From assembly GCA_017540815.1 (NCBI GenBank), contig JAFYAI010000144.1:67705-131704 (forward strand): a stretch of 64,000 bases of DNA. The letters are read 5' to 3'. The DNA is from Spirochaetales bacterium (GTDB lineage: Bacteria > Spirochaetota > GWE2-31-10 > MWDO01). Positions 10,447-19,860 of the stretch are shown one piece after another (position 1 is the first letter of the stretch; each line of letters starts with the position of its first letter). The translations under genes were made by a program, and so were the position numbers. The notes under the pieces were generated by a model. It was given only the letters and a program-made list of their open reading frames with translations, searched no databases and was not told the origin of the DNA.

Positions 10447-13400
10447 GAAAGTTCGGACAGCAGTGCCAGATAATCGCTCTGTGTAAATGAGTCATTAGCG
10501 GCACATTCAAAGCGGAACTCCGCAGCATTGCCGAATGCCTCTGAGAACAGCCCGACTATCTGCTCGATGATCATCTGTGTCGCAGCCTGAGCTTCTTCTT
10601 TCTCGGCATTTGGCAGAACAATGTAGAACTTATCGGGATCTGTGACCTCAACGAAACTGTCACCACCTATAATGCTCTGTGTCGTGCCTTTAATATCTTC
10701 GGCAAATGATATTAGCGAAAACTCGCCTACAGCCGCAGTTACATCTGCAGCATTGGTAAGGATCACCCTGCACAAAGACAGTGCCGCGCCGGACTCCCGC
10801 AGATCTTTCATAAATGTTGCAAGTCCTATATATTTGGCATCCAGATCATCAGGGATAGGTCGGACTTCAACAGGAGCATCTTCAGGCAGAGCCAAACCGG
10901 TATCTTCCATTATAATAGATTCGTTGTCAGTAGATTTCTCCGCTTCGCTCTCTTCGTTCGCTTCGGTCGAAATGACAGATTTCTCAACTTTTTCCAATTC
11001 TTCAGATTCTTCCTCATTATGCATTATGCATTGTGAATTATGAATTGTCTCTGATTCTTCGCAGAATGAGGATTCATCGATTATAATACTAGAATAATCA
11101 TCAGCTGCTGTCGGACTCGGTACAGGTGTGCCTGCCGCAGCAACAGGTTCTTCAGCAGAGATTGATTCTTCAGAGATTGACTCTTCTGCAGTGTCTGACT
11201 CTTCAGACGGAACATCTTCTTCTTCATCTGATGTGACTGCAGTATCCGGCTGTTCCGTTTCTTCGGCAGGCTCAACTGATGGGTTGACTTCTTCTTCAAG
11301 CTCAGCAGTATCTTCATGCTCAATTACCGATGGGATCTCAGCCTGCTCATTATCCACGGCATTATCCCATTCTGACATAAGTTCAGCAGCAAGCTCTTCT
11401 TCGGAGAAATCCGCATCATCATCTTCGATGATCTCTTCTGTATCGTCAGCAGTCTCCTGCTCCGACACTTCGTCAGACTCACTAACAGGCTCATCAATGG
11501 AAGGAACAGATTCTTCGGCAGGCTCATCCTCATTGTGCATCGTTTCTGTCACTTCGTAAGCCTCATCGGACGAGACGGACTCATTCTCATCATTGAGCAT
11601 TGTGCATTGTGCATTATTAATTGTTTCGTCCTCTTCTGCCTCATCTTCATATTCTTCACACATCACAGTGTATTGCTGATAGAGATTATACAGCATAGCA
11701 CCATTAAGTCGGCCGGCAACTTCCAAAGCACGGATGTAGTCCTCAGTAAGATCTGATGCAGAATGTGTTACAAGCATTATACCGATAATCCGCGATGAGA
11801 ATACAAACGGGATCCACAACTGGAACTCCGTCTCGGCAAAGTCTTGCTCCGACATAATATCTGCCAGTCCGCCAAACTGAGGTTCATCATTATTGACAAG
11901 GTATGATTTCTTATTGGCGAGATTGCCATATATGCCGTTATAATTAAGATCGAAAGCGAGTTTTTCCTCAGTCTCATCATCATAACCGATCTTCGCCATA
12001 CATTTAAACAACCCGTCATCCGGATCAAACAGCTGCAGACTGCATCGGTCTATCTCAAATCTGTCAGCGACACACGCTAAGAAATTGTCAAACATATTTT
12101 CATCGACGGCGATTGAAGCTGTCTGTGCAGATATATCATCAAGCACTGCCAGATAGTCATTGTATTGTTTGGAAGTACCTTCATCAGATGAAGTATTCTC
12201 ATCTGTATCTGAATTGTTCTCCTGATCTGCAAGACCGTCATCCTGATCTGCAAGACCGTCATCCTGATCTGCCAAACCGTCATCCTGAACTTGATTCAGG
12301 ATCTCATCATCAGATTTCTCCGCTTCGGTCGAAATGACAGATCCTTCGCTTCCATCAGATGAAGTGCCATCATCTGATACACCGTCAACGGATTTCTCCG
12401 CTTCGGTCGAAATGACAGATCCTTCGTTTCCATCAGATGATGAACCGGCATCACCTGACTCATCATCAGTCAGACTATCCTCTTCATTGTGCATTGTGGA
12501 TTGTGCATTATTAATTGTCTCAGGCTCATTGTCTTCACTACTATCTGACGGATAAATCCACTCGATATTCTCTTCTTCTTGATTAGCAGATTCTTCTTCA
12601 ATATCAGCAGCATTTTCGGATTCATCGTATTCATCTTCTGCAGCAGGCAGGTCTTCTACAGCCGGCAGTTCAGCCATATCGCTGTCTTCATCATCAGCAG
12701 GAACGGAGATCTCATCATCGGTTAAGTTATCAGCGTTATCCGTCTCATTATCTTCGGATTGATCGGCCGTAAGTATGCCCGTAGGCAGATCCTCATTGAC
12801 ATCCGGGGCAGGCTCATCCGTCGGAGGCAGCTGAGTAAATGACACATTATTATCAGTGAAAGTCTTCTCTGTAACCGCATCAGCATCATAAACTATAGCA
12901 TCACCTACGAAACTTGTTCCCTGTGTTACTTCTTCGATAATATTTTCATCAAACGAAGAATCCACTGCTTCGACAAACTCAGCTGTCGGAGCGGTTTCAG
13001 CATCATCATTGCCAGCTTCGTTCGCTTCGCTCGAATTGTCATCTGCTGATGAGTCGTCATCCTGAACTTGATTCAAGATCTCATCATCAGATTTCTCCGC
13101 TTCGGTCGAAATGACAGATCCTTCGTTTCCGTCAGATGATGTATCATCATTACCTGACTCATCGTCAGTCGGATTATCCTCTTCATTGTGCAGTGTGGAT
13201 TGTGCATTGTCCATTGTTTCCGACTCACCGTCACCGCCCATTTGAGCCAAGAGTGCTGCAAACGGATCATCGTCTCTCGGCAAGTCTATTATGAGGACTT
13301 CTTCTTCGTAGTCAGGCTGCTGCTCCTGAACCGAATCGCCTTCCAAAAAAAAAGTCTCTCCGTCTTTGTCTGTATCTGCTTCATCCGCATTGGGGATAAC

Positions 13401-13703
13401 TTCTGATGATGACTGACTGTCCTCAGCAGCACAGACCTGAGCCTCTATCTCGGCAAGCCGCTGACGAACAGTTTCTTCATCCGGCATAATATCGGCGACG
13501 GTCGGCTCATTAATCGGGTGGAACTCTGACGCATCTGGCAGAGGCGGCAGAACCGGCTCGCCGCCGATCTTCATCTCGGCTGCCGTTTCTGCTTTATCTT
13601 TAGAGTTCAGATAATCAAGGGCCTGTGCGAGCAGTCCCTCATTCGGTCTGTCCAAAAACTCTTCTCTGTATAACGATGCTTTGTCAAATAAACCCTTACT
13701 CAT
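10443..13703 (-). CDS. 1086-aa poly-acidic protein with a central GAF domain and a C-terminal degenerate GGDEF (GGDSF) domain
   Basis: GAF-like block at about aa 505-680 (nt ~11660-12190). C-terminus ...AALSLCRVILTNAAD...IGGDSFVEVTDPDKFYIVLPNAEKEEA... aligns to the GGDEF core with the signature degraded. Remaining ~700 aa are D/E/S/T/N-rich with internal repeats. Confidence 0.7.
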   Translation of the reverse strand: MSKGLFDKASLYREEFLDRPNEGLLAQALDYLNSKDKAETAAEMKIGGEPVLPPLPDASEFHPINEPTVADIMPDEETVRQRLAEIEAQVCAAEDSQSSSEVIPNADEADTDKDGETFFLEGDSVQEQQPDYEEEVLIIDLPRDDDPFAALLAQMGGDGESETMDNAQSTLHNEEDNPTDDESGNDDTSSDGNEGSVISTEAEKSDDEILNQVQDDDSSADDNSSEANEAGNDDAETAPTAEFVEAVDSSFDENIIEEVTQGTSFVGDAIVYDADAVTEKTFTDNNVSFTQLPPTDEPAPDVNEDLPTGILTADQSEDNETDNADNLTDDEISVPADDEDSDMAELPAVEDLPAAEDEYDESENAADIEEESANQEEENIEWIYPSDSSEDNEPETINNAQSTMHNEEDSLTDDESGDAGSSSDGNEGSVISTEAEKSVDGVSDDGTSSDGSEGSVISTEAEKSDDEILNQVQDDGLADQDDGLADQDDGLADQENNSDTDENTSSDEGTSKQYNDYLAVLDDISAQTASIAVDENMFDNFLACVADRFEIDRCSLQLFDPDDGLFKCMAKIGYDDETEEKLAFDLNYNGIYGNLANKKSYLVNNDEPQFGGLADIMSEQDFAETEFQLWIPFVFSSRIIGIMLVTHSASDLTEDYIRALEVAGRLNGAMLYNLYQQYTVMCEEYEDEAEEDETINNAQCTMLNDENESVSSDEAYEVTETMHNEDEPAEESVPSIDEPVSESDEVSEQETADDTEEIIEDDDADFSEEELAAELMSEWDNAVDNEQAEIPSVIEHEDTAELEEEVNPSVEPAEETEQPDTAVTSDEEEDVPSEESDTAEESISEESISAEEPVAAAGTPVPSPTAADDYSSIIIDESSFCEESETIHNSQCIMHNEEESEELEKVEKSVISTEANEESEAEKSTDNESIIMEDTGLALPEDAPVEVRPIPDDLDAKYIGLATFMKDLRESGAALSLCRVILTNAADVTAAVGEFSLISFAEDIKGTTQSIIGGDSFVEVTDPDKFYIVLPNAEKEEAQAATQMIIEQIVGLFSEAFGNAAEFRFECAANDSFTQSDYLALLSELS
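12226..12290. repeat. 21-bp in-frame tandem repeat x3 (gatctgcaagaccgtcatcct), encoding DDGLADQ x3
   Basis: Seen directly inside the 10443..13703 CDS. Confidence 0.8.
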
Positions 13704-13765
13704 TGTCTCCCGCCTGAATTTAGTTTTATTTTATTATTTTGTCACTGCAGTATGTAACGACATTA

Positions 13766-16402
13766 TCAATGTTTAATGTCAAGCTGCTCAAACAATCGTC
13801 TGTATGCCTCAAATTCTTTCGATTCAGCGAATTCTTTGATCTTCTCCTCCGGCAATGCTCCCATCAGCGAGTCAAGACAAGTCAGGACATTCTTAATGTC
13901 TTCCTTAAGCTCAGTGTCAGTCTCACCTGCAGGTGCAGCCTCTTCGTCATTAGCTGAGTCCTCATTCTGCAGCGAATCAAATATCTGATTAGTCTCTTCT
14001 TCGGAGATGTCGATCTTAGTATCTTCCGCATCGTCATCAATGTCAGCAACGGACTCCTCGCCGGCTACATCTTCGATACAACCAAGGTCAGCAATGCCGT
14101 CTGCCGGCTCTAAGTCAGCCTCGAAACTTGCCAAATCTATAGTCTCACTCTCATCTTCAGTATTCTGATCAGCAGCACTTATGTCTGCATCATCCAAGTT
14201 CATATCAGCAGCAGCATCAGGCTCAAGGCTTGTCTCCAATGTGTCAGTCTCCAATGCGGCATCATCAATGCTGTCAGCCATATCTGCACCTACATCAATA
14301 TCAGACAAAGTGTCATCCGATGCAGGAACAACTATAGCCTGCTCTGAGAGTTCTTCGGCATTATCGCTGCTGTCGCCTATGATCTTCGTATCATCAGCGG
14401 CATCTTCAGTATTGTCAATAATGCTGCCATTATCATCGACATTCTCATAGAGATCAAGGTCTCCGTTAGTCATGATGTTGTTATCCACGACGGACTCTTC
14501 TGTCGTCTCATTATCTGCTGAGATGTCTGTCTCACCCGGGATAGTCACAGATGCGGCAAGCTCCTCATCCGATAAGAACTCATCGTCATTCTCAAATGAC
14601 GGATCATCAGGAATATTGATTGACTCGGCAAGCTCCTCATCTGTCGGCGGAATATCCACATCCACCATCTCAGTCTCGGACATATCGGCATCTACAAGGA
14701 TATTATCCAACTCATCACCGGACAGTCCGATAGTCTCATCTTCATCTTCATCATCAAATGTCGTCGGTGCAGGAATATCATCTACATCGAGATCATCGAG
14801 ACTGCCGACATCACCCGGCATCTCATCAGTTATAATATCTGACTCATCCGCAGTTTCTTCAGTCAGAACATCAGCGTCTGTTATATCTTCCAATGTATCA
14901 GGCAGTTCCTCATCGAGGCTGATCTCTGTATCATCAGCAGCTGCATCTTCGCTAAGTGTGTCAGCTGCAGTATTGTCATCATCTGCAATCTCTGCACTGT
15001 CAAGGTCGATGCCAAGATCCTCATCACCGTCAAGTGCTATCCTGTCATCTTCATCATCATTGTCTGCAGGCTCTTCTATAGATGCTGCCAATGCCTCGTC
15101 AACGACGACATCACCTGCCAGCGTTGCTTCTGTAAGTTCCTCGTCCTGAGCCTCTGTCTCACTGTCTGCCGGCATCGACTCTTCCAAAGCAGTAAGATCA
15201 TCATCGCTGATCAGATTGCTGTCTGCAGCACCAACCGAACTCAGATCCTCGATAGTATCATCGAAACCTTCCAATTCATCTGCAACGGAATTATCCGTAT
15301 CACTGTCTTCTATATCTGTCAGAGCATCCTGTTCTTCTGTTTCATCAGGCTCATTAGTATCAGCAAAACTGTCACTGTCAGATCCAATATCAATATCAGC
15401 CAAAATATCTTCTGACTCGTCCGACAGGAATGCGTTCTGTTCTTCATCTACGACAAGTTCATCTTCATGCGGCATAGGGATATTAAGCATCTTACCGCTG
15501 TCGTCCCCGGTCTGCTCCAGCACATCATCAATGTCAATGTCAGACAGAGCGTCATCCTGCTCTACATCAAACTCAAGATCATCATCAGAAGTAATATCAT
15601 AATGCTCATTATCGTCTGTTTCCTCACTCTCAGTATCTGATGCTTCTTCCAAACCAATATCTGACAATTCATCAAGGCCTTCAAGATCATCCGCCGTATC
15701 AGCAGCATCATTGTCACTGTCATCCGTGTCATCAGCCAAGTCGGTCTCTTCTTCAAGTATGTCATCACCATCTGACAGATCCGCATCACCGAAGTCGCCA
15801 AAATCATCATCTGATGATATTTCATTATCTGTATTATTTTCAGGCTCTACCACCTGTGTAAATGCTATCGTTACAGGACCGATCTTAAGATCTACGCCAT
15901 ACGCATCATCATCGTCATCATCTGACTCGTCATCATCATAAGCATCGCTGTCGAAGTTAGCTATATCTTCATCGCTAATATCTGGTGTGATCGGAGCCGA
16001 CTCAACATCATCGTCTAAACCAGCCTCTAATGACAGATCCAGATCATCATCAGTCAGATCCTCTCCAGCTTCAGTCGGTTCCCCTGTTGTATCAATGGCA
16101 TCAGGATAATCCACAATGTCATTGTCAGACATATCTGACTCTATCGGAGCGACATCACCGGATACGGCTGCATCATTATCCGATTCCACACCGGAATAAT
16201 CCAGATTATCGAGATTATCCAAGTCATCGGCTGACGGATTATCTTCATCCGGCATCACATCATCGAGATTCAGGTCAAGATCAGTGTCAAGGTCAAAGTT
16301 ATCCAAGTCATCAAGACCCGATAATGTGTCTTCATCATGCAGAAGTGTCTCGGATTCCAGTCCGTCCAAACCTAAATCATTATATTTTTCATTTGCAGCC
16401 AT
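13766..16402 (-). CDS. 878-aa poly-acidic low-complexity protein with a short helical C-terminal tail
   Basis: Continuous ORF, very D/E/L/S-rich (DDLDNLDNLD...). GGAGCA RBS before ATG 16402. Same strand and immediately upstream of the GAF/GGDSF acidic protein. Confidence 0.65.
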   Translation of the reverse strand: MAANEKYNDLGLDGLESETLLHDEDTLSGLDDLDNFDLDTDLDLNLDDVMPDEDNPSADDLDNLDNLDYSGVESDNDAAVSGDVAPIESDMSDNDIVDYPDAIDTTGEPTEAGEDLTDDDLDLSLEAGLDDDVESAPITPDISDEDIANFDSDAYDDDESDDDDDDAYGVDLKIGPVTIAFTQVVEPENNTDNEISSDDDFGDFGDADLSDGDDILEEETDLADDTDDSDNDAADTADDLEGLDELSDIGLEEASDTESEETDDNEHYDITSDDDLEFDVEQDDALSDIDIDDVLEQTGDDSGKMLNIPMPHEDELVVDEEQNAFLSDESEDILADIDIGSDSDSFADTNEPDETEEQDALTDIEDSDTDNSVADELEGFDDTIEDLSSVGAADSNLISDDDLTALEESMPADSETEAQDEELTEATLAGDVVVDEALAASIEEPADNDDEDDRIALDGDEDLGIDLDSAEIADDDNTAADTLSEDAAADDTEISLDEELPDTLEDITDADVLTEETADESDIITDEMPGDVGSLDDLDVDDIPAPTTFDDEDEDETIGLSGDELDNILVDADMSETEMVDVDIPPTDEELAESINIPDDPSFENDDEFLSDEELAASVTIPGETDISADNETTEESVVDNNIMTNGDLDLYENVDDNGSIIDNTEDAADDTKIIGDSSDNAEELSEQAIVVPASDDTLSDIDVGADMADSIDDAALETDTLETSLEPDAAADMNLDDADISAADQNTEDESETIDLASFEADLEPADGIADLGCIEDVAGEESVADIDDDAEDTKIDISEEETNQIFDSLQNEDSANDEEAAPAGETDTELKEDIKNVLTCLDSLMGALPEEKIKEFAESKEFEAYRRLFEQLDIKH

Positions 16403-16421
16403 AAATGCTCCTCGTTATGTT

Positions 16422-16450
16422 ATATAAAATCCCAATATATTCTTCGTCAA
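16422..16450 (-). promoter_or_regulatory. sigma70-like promoter (TTGACG-17-TTATAT) for the acidic-protein operon
   Basis: Read on the minus strand: TTGACG, 17-nt spacer, TTATAT, about 20 nt upstream of the ATG at 16402. Confidence 0.4.
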
Positions 16451-16471
16451 AAAATCAAATTTTTTTATACC

Positions 16472-16972
16472 TTATTTATCTTCCGATATGCTAAAATCTT
16501 CCTCACAGCGTATTTTGAGATTTTCATAATTCTTAATGTTGTTGTATGCCGGGTTCTTGTTAAACAGGAATGTATCATATTCTGTGAGTTCCTTAAAGAA
16601 GTCACAAACTTTTTTGCGGAAGACCTCCACATTCATACCGTAGTTCTTCAGAGCCATCTGAGCCATCACCCGCTCGTTGGCATCTTTCGGCACGAAGTCC
16701 GCTCCCGTGAATGTCACATGCGGCATAACATGCTTAACTATCATATCTATATAATCCATAGTTGCTGCTACACCCATATACAGATCCTCAACCGCACCTC
16801 TGGAATCGATATAATACAGATCACCTTTGAGCAGGAAGTCCTTATTCTGCTGGACATGTATAGGCACATCCATTCTAAGCAGTGCTTTTTTTACATATTT
16901 GTTATTAATATTTGTATTATAATGATTCTGTATGTCCTTTACTGATTTCTTAATCGTATCTGCTGTTACCAT
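16472..16972 (-). CDS. hypothetical protein (166 aa)
   Basis: ORF only; no recognisable motif. Confidence 0.4.
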   Translation of the reverse strand: MVTADTIKKSVKDIQNHYNTNINNKYVKKALLRMDVPIHVQQNKDFLLKGDLYYIDSRGAVEDLYMGVAATMDYIDMIVKHVMPHVTFTGADFVPKDANERVMAQMALKNYGMNVEVFRKKVCDFFKELTEYDTFLFNKNPAYNNIKNYENLKIRCEEDFSISEDK

Positions 16973-17065
16973 CTTTTACACCTTTGTTTGCTGCGATTAT
17001 CGCATAAGTTTACACTGTTTTATCGTCCTGCATAATATTAAAACTGTAATATTTTATCTTTTTTT

Positions 17066-17983
17066 TTATAATATTTGCTTTCTTAACTCACTGACGCTGA
17101 TAATATTCTGACAAAAACTGGCTATCTCACTAGCCAATATCTGTTTAACGCGGTCATCATCTACAACGACTGTGACATTCTTCCGTATCTTTTGATCCAG
17201 TTCTCCGCCGAATGCACATATCTGCATAGCAAGCTCATACTTTGCTTTCATATCCGCATTCTTAGGCAGCATAATGTGATAATGCTGTCCGTGCAGTTTA
17301 TCTTCCTTAATAATATGACGAACTCTGCACAGCTGCTTTATCTTCATGCGGTATTCCTTCGCTGCACGGGACTGCTTCTTCTGTGACAAATATCTGCCGG
17401 TATCTATGACAGTCCTTTCTGCTGCCTTAATCGCTTCCGCCAAAGACAGCCGATACTCCGCACAGAATCCTCTCAGCACAAACATCGTCATCTTAGCATC
17501 GTCGGCACTGTTATGAGCGGTGAGTTTGCTCATATTCACATCAAACCTCTGAGCCCATTTAACCAGCTTCATATCCTCATCTACCTTCGTATGCAGTATG
17601 CTGACCAGATCATAGATCTGCGTCCTCGGCAGCTCGGTCTCGTATCTGCGGCAGGTATAGTCAAGGAAACCTATGTCATTCTTCGGAGCAAATCCTATAA
17701 TACGCCCGCTGTGTTCTGTCATCAGCTGATATATCTTAGGATAGTAATGCGGGAACTTCGGCGATGACAAGAACTTCTGCTTAGGATATGAGAGACTCAC
17801 ATCTATCTTCTTGGAGAAAAATGCCCAATCAAACTTACTCTCCGGATTCATAACGAGATCGTCACATTCTATAATATTAAACCGCTCGTCACAGATCACA
17901 TATCCGAATGAACAAATCTTGCCCTCACCGCCGAAACAGTTGGCACATTCAATATCGAAAAATAAATATTCATTATCTGTCAT
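17066..17983 (-). CDS. DEDDh-type 3'-5' exonuclease (DnaQ-like fold)
   Basis: Exo I FFDIE, Exo II-like DIGFLDY, Exo III H-x4-D (HNSADDA). Start overlaps the upstream adenylate cyclase stop by 4 nt. Confidence 0.7.
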   Translation of the reverse strand: MTDNEYLFFDIECANCFGGEGKICSFGYVICDERFNIIECDDLVMNPESKFDWAFFSKKIDVSLSYPKQKFLSSPKFPHYYPKIYQLMTEHSGRIIGFAPKNDIGFLDYTCRRYETELPRTQIYDLVSILHTKVDEDMKLVKWAQRFDVNMSKLTAHNSADDAKMTMFVLRGFCAEYRLSLAEAIKAAERTVIDTGRYLSQKKQSRAAKEYRMKIKQLCRVRHIIKEDKLHGQHYHIMLPKNADMKAKYELAMQICAFGGELDQKIRKNVTVVVDDDRVKQILASEIASFCQNIISVSELRKQIL

Positions 17984-19851
17984 ACCATATTCACCGTATA
18001 TATTACTTCATTCTTATTTTCATCATCGAGCCGTATCGTGTCAAGTGCCGACAGCTTATACTTATCAGACAAGCCATACTGATCTGCGAATGTCTGACTC
18101 ACTATGATTGGCTGCTTATACTTCTTAGTCAGGGCTTCAAGACGCAACACAGTATTGACTGCACCGGAGATTGTCAGTCCTGTCATCCTGTCTTCCTCAC
18201 CGACAGTCATCAGCACTACCTCTCCGTAGTGAATACCTATCCCAATGCGGAATGTATCATTGTCCCGCAGATGGAACTCATTGTTTAACTCCGATACTGC
18301 TTTCTGAATAGCGATCGCACATTCGGCAGCTCGCACTCCGTCATTAGGGAACAGAACTATAATGCCGTCACCGAGATATTTCTCGATGAATCCGCCGTGA
18401 TCACGGATAATCGGACCTATCGTTGACAGGTATTTATTCAGCACATCGAATACTTCATCTTCGGAGAGCTTCTCACTCATTACAGTGAAGTCGCGCACAT
18501 CTGCCGACATTATTGCCAGCGACTTGGTGCTGCGATCGTCAAGCTGCACATCGGTGATATTGTCCTTACCGAGCAGAGTCAGGAACTCTTTCGGCACAAA
18601 TCTATAATAGATCTCATTCGTCTGAGTTAAGTTATCAGACATCTTCCTAATCCTCTTCATACTGTCTTCGCGGTTTTTGGCAGTGATATATGACTGAGCA
18701 GCAACGAATATCAAAGCCGAATACGGCAGGAGCATAACTGTCGGGAATGGCACAGGAATATAATTGAATGTAGCCATATCATGTGCTCCAAAGAGGAATA
18801 TCATCAATGTCGTTAAAGCCATCATCAGTCCGGTATCGACACGGCCTTTCTGGAAACTCAGTCTGAACTGTGCAGAGATCATCGCAATGGAACTAATCAC
18901 AAAATCAACCTGCAATATCGGCACAAGCCTGCTGATAAAACTTATCTCTCCGAGCCATACAAGCACACCAAATACAGAATTAATAATAAATGTATAAATA
19001 TCACTCTTATATGGGAACTTATCCGCTCCGTACAGATAACGAACATACATCGCATAGCATGCAGGGCAGAGGAACAATGCTGTATATTCCATTTTAAGAC
19101 ACAATATATATGGCACCTGCGGAAAATAAAACTTTAGAATAGAGAACCCTTGCACAATGATCCGCATTGCTATGCCAAGACTGAACAGTGATAAGAAAAG
19201 ACTGACCTTATCATCCGGCTGTGTCAGATAAAATATAAAATGGAAGAACATTATAAAAAACAACATACCGAGGAAGATAAATCTCCTGTTTACATCTCGG
19301 ATGAAGTTCCGCTGCATAACATTACGCTCTCCGAAACGGATATTGCCCCAGATACCGCCTTTGCGATGGAAGTTATTGGACACATGCAGAATAAGGTCTA
19401 TGCAGCCATCACTGTCGCAGAACATATCGACTAACTTCATACTCTGATCACCTTCAGCCTGAGTCCAATCCTCATTAGGCTTGCCGACAGTGATGAGGAG
19501 TTCCCCGTTAGCATACAGATTAAACGATGTTCCTATCGCATCATATAAGAATAATGTATACTGGATGGACGGGTTCAAACCGTCTATCTGCAACCGAAAT
19601 GTACCGCAGCCAAGCCCGTTAGGGAAGTAAGCATTCCATACACACGGAGGAGTAACTGTATCATCAGCAGTCTGGTCATCAATATCCTCAGGCGAGATGA
19701 ACCGTCCCTGATAAAACTCCCACGGCACATTCAGCATAATCCTCTTAGACTTGAGTTCTTCATGCGAAGGAGCATGGAACACCTCAGCGTGCAAAGCGGC
19801 TGATATGAAAAGCATAATGAATATTACATGCAGGCCCTTATCAATTAGCAA
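17980..19851 (-). CDS. class III adenylate/guanylate cyclase with 7TMR-DISM periplasmic and membrane sensor domains
   Basis: Signal peptide plus about 200-aa exodomain, 7 TM helices, C-terminal CHD (FRIGIGIHYGEVVLMTVGEE...). Confidence 0.85.
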   Translation of the reverse strand: MLIDKGLHVIFIMLFISAALHAEVFHAPSHEELKSKRIMLNVPWEFYQGRFISPEDIDDQTADDTVTPPCVWNAYFPNGLGCGTFRLQIDGLNPSIQYTLFLYDAIGTSFNLYANGELLITVGKPNEDWTQAEGDQSMKLVDMFCDSDGCIDLILHVSNNFHRKGGIWGNIRFGERNVMQRNFIRDVNRRFIFLGMLFFIMFFHFIFYLTQPDDKVSLFLSLFSLGIAMRIIVQGFSILKFYFPQVPYILCLKMEYTALFLCPACYAMYVRYLYGADKFPYKSDIYTFIINSVFGVLVWLGEISFISRLVPILQVDFVISSIAMISAQFRLSFQKGRVDTGLMMALTTLMIFLFGAHDMATFNYIPVPFPTVMLLPYSALIFVAAQSYITAKNREDSMKRIRKMSDNLTQTNEIYYRFVPKEFLTLLGKDNITDVQLDDRSTKSLAIMSADVRDFTVMSEKLSEDEVFDVLNKYLSTIGPIIRDHGGFIEKYLGDGIIVLFPNDGVRAAECAIAIQKAVSELNNEFHLRDNDTFRIGIGIHYGEVVLMTVGEEDRMTGLTISGAVNTVLRLEALTKKYKQPIIVSQTFADQYGLSDKYKLSALDTIRLDDENKNEVIYTVNMV

Positions 19852-19860
19852 ATATTGCTC

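Noticed and set aside
14472-15149. 225-aa Ser-rich ORF, and several similar 60-140-aa ORFs on the plus strand, antisense to the poly-acidic genes
   Set aside because: An artefact of antisense reading of GAT/GAA/GAC-rich codons, which gives Ser/Ile-rich frames without stops. No RBS or start context. Fully embedded in the long minus-strand ORFs.
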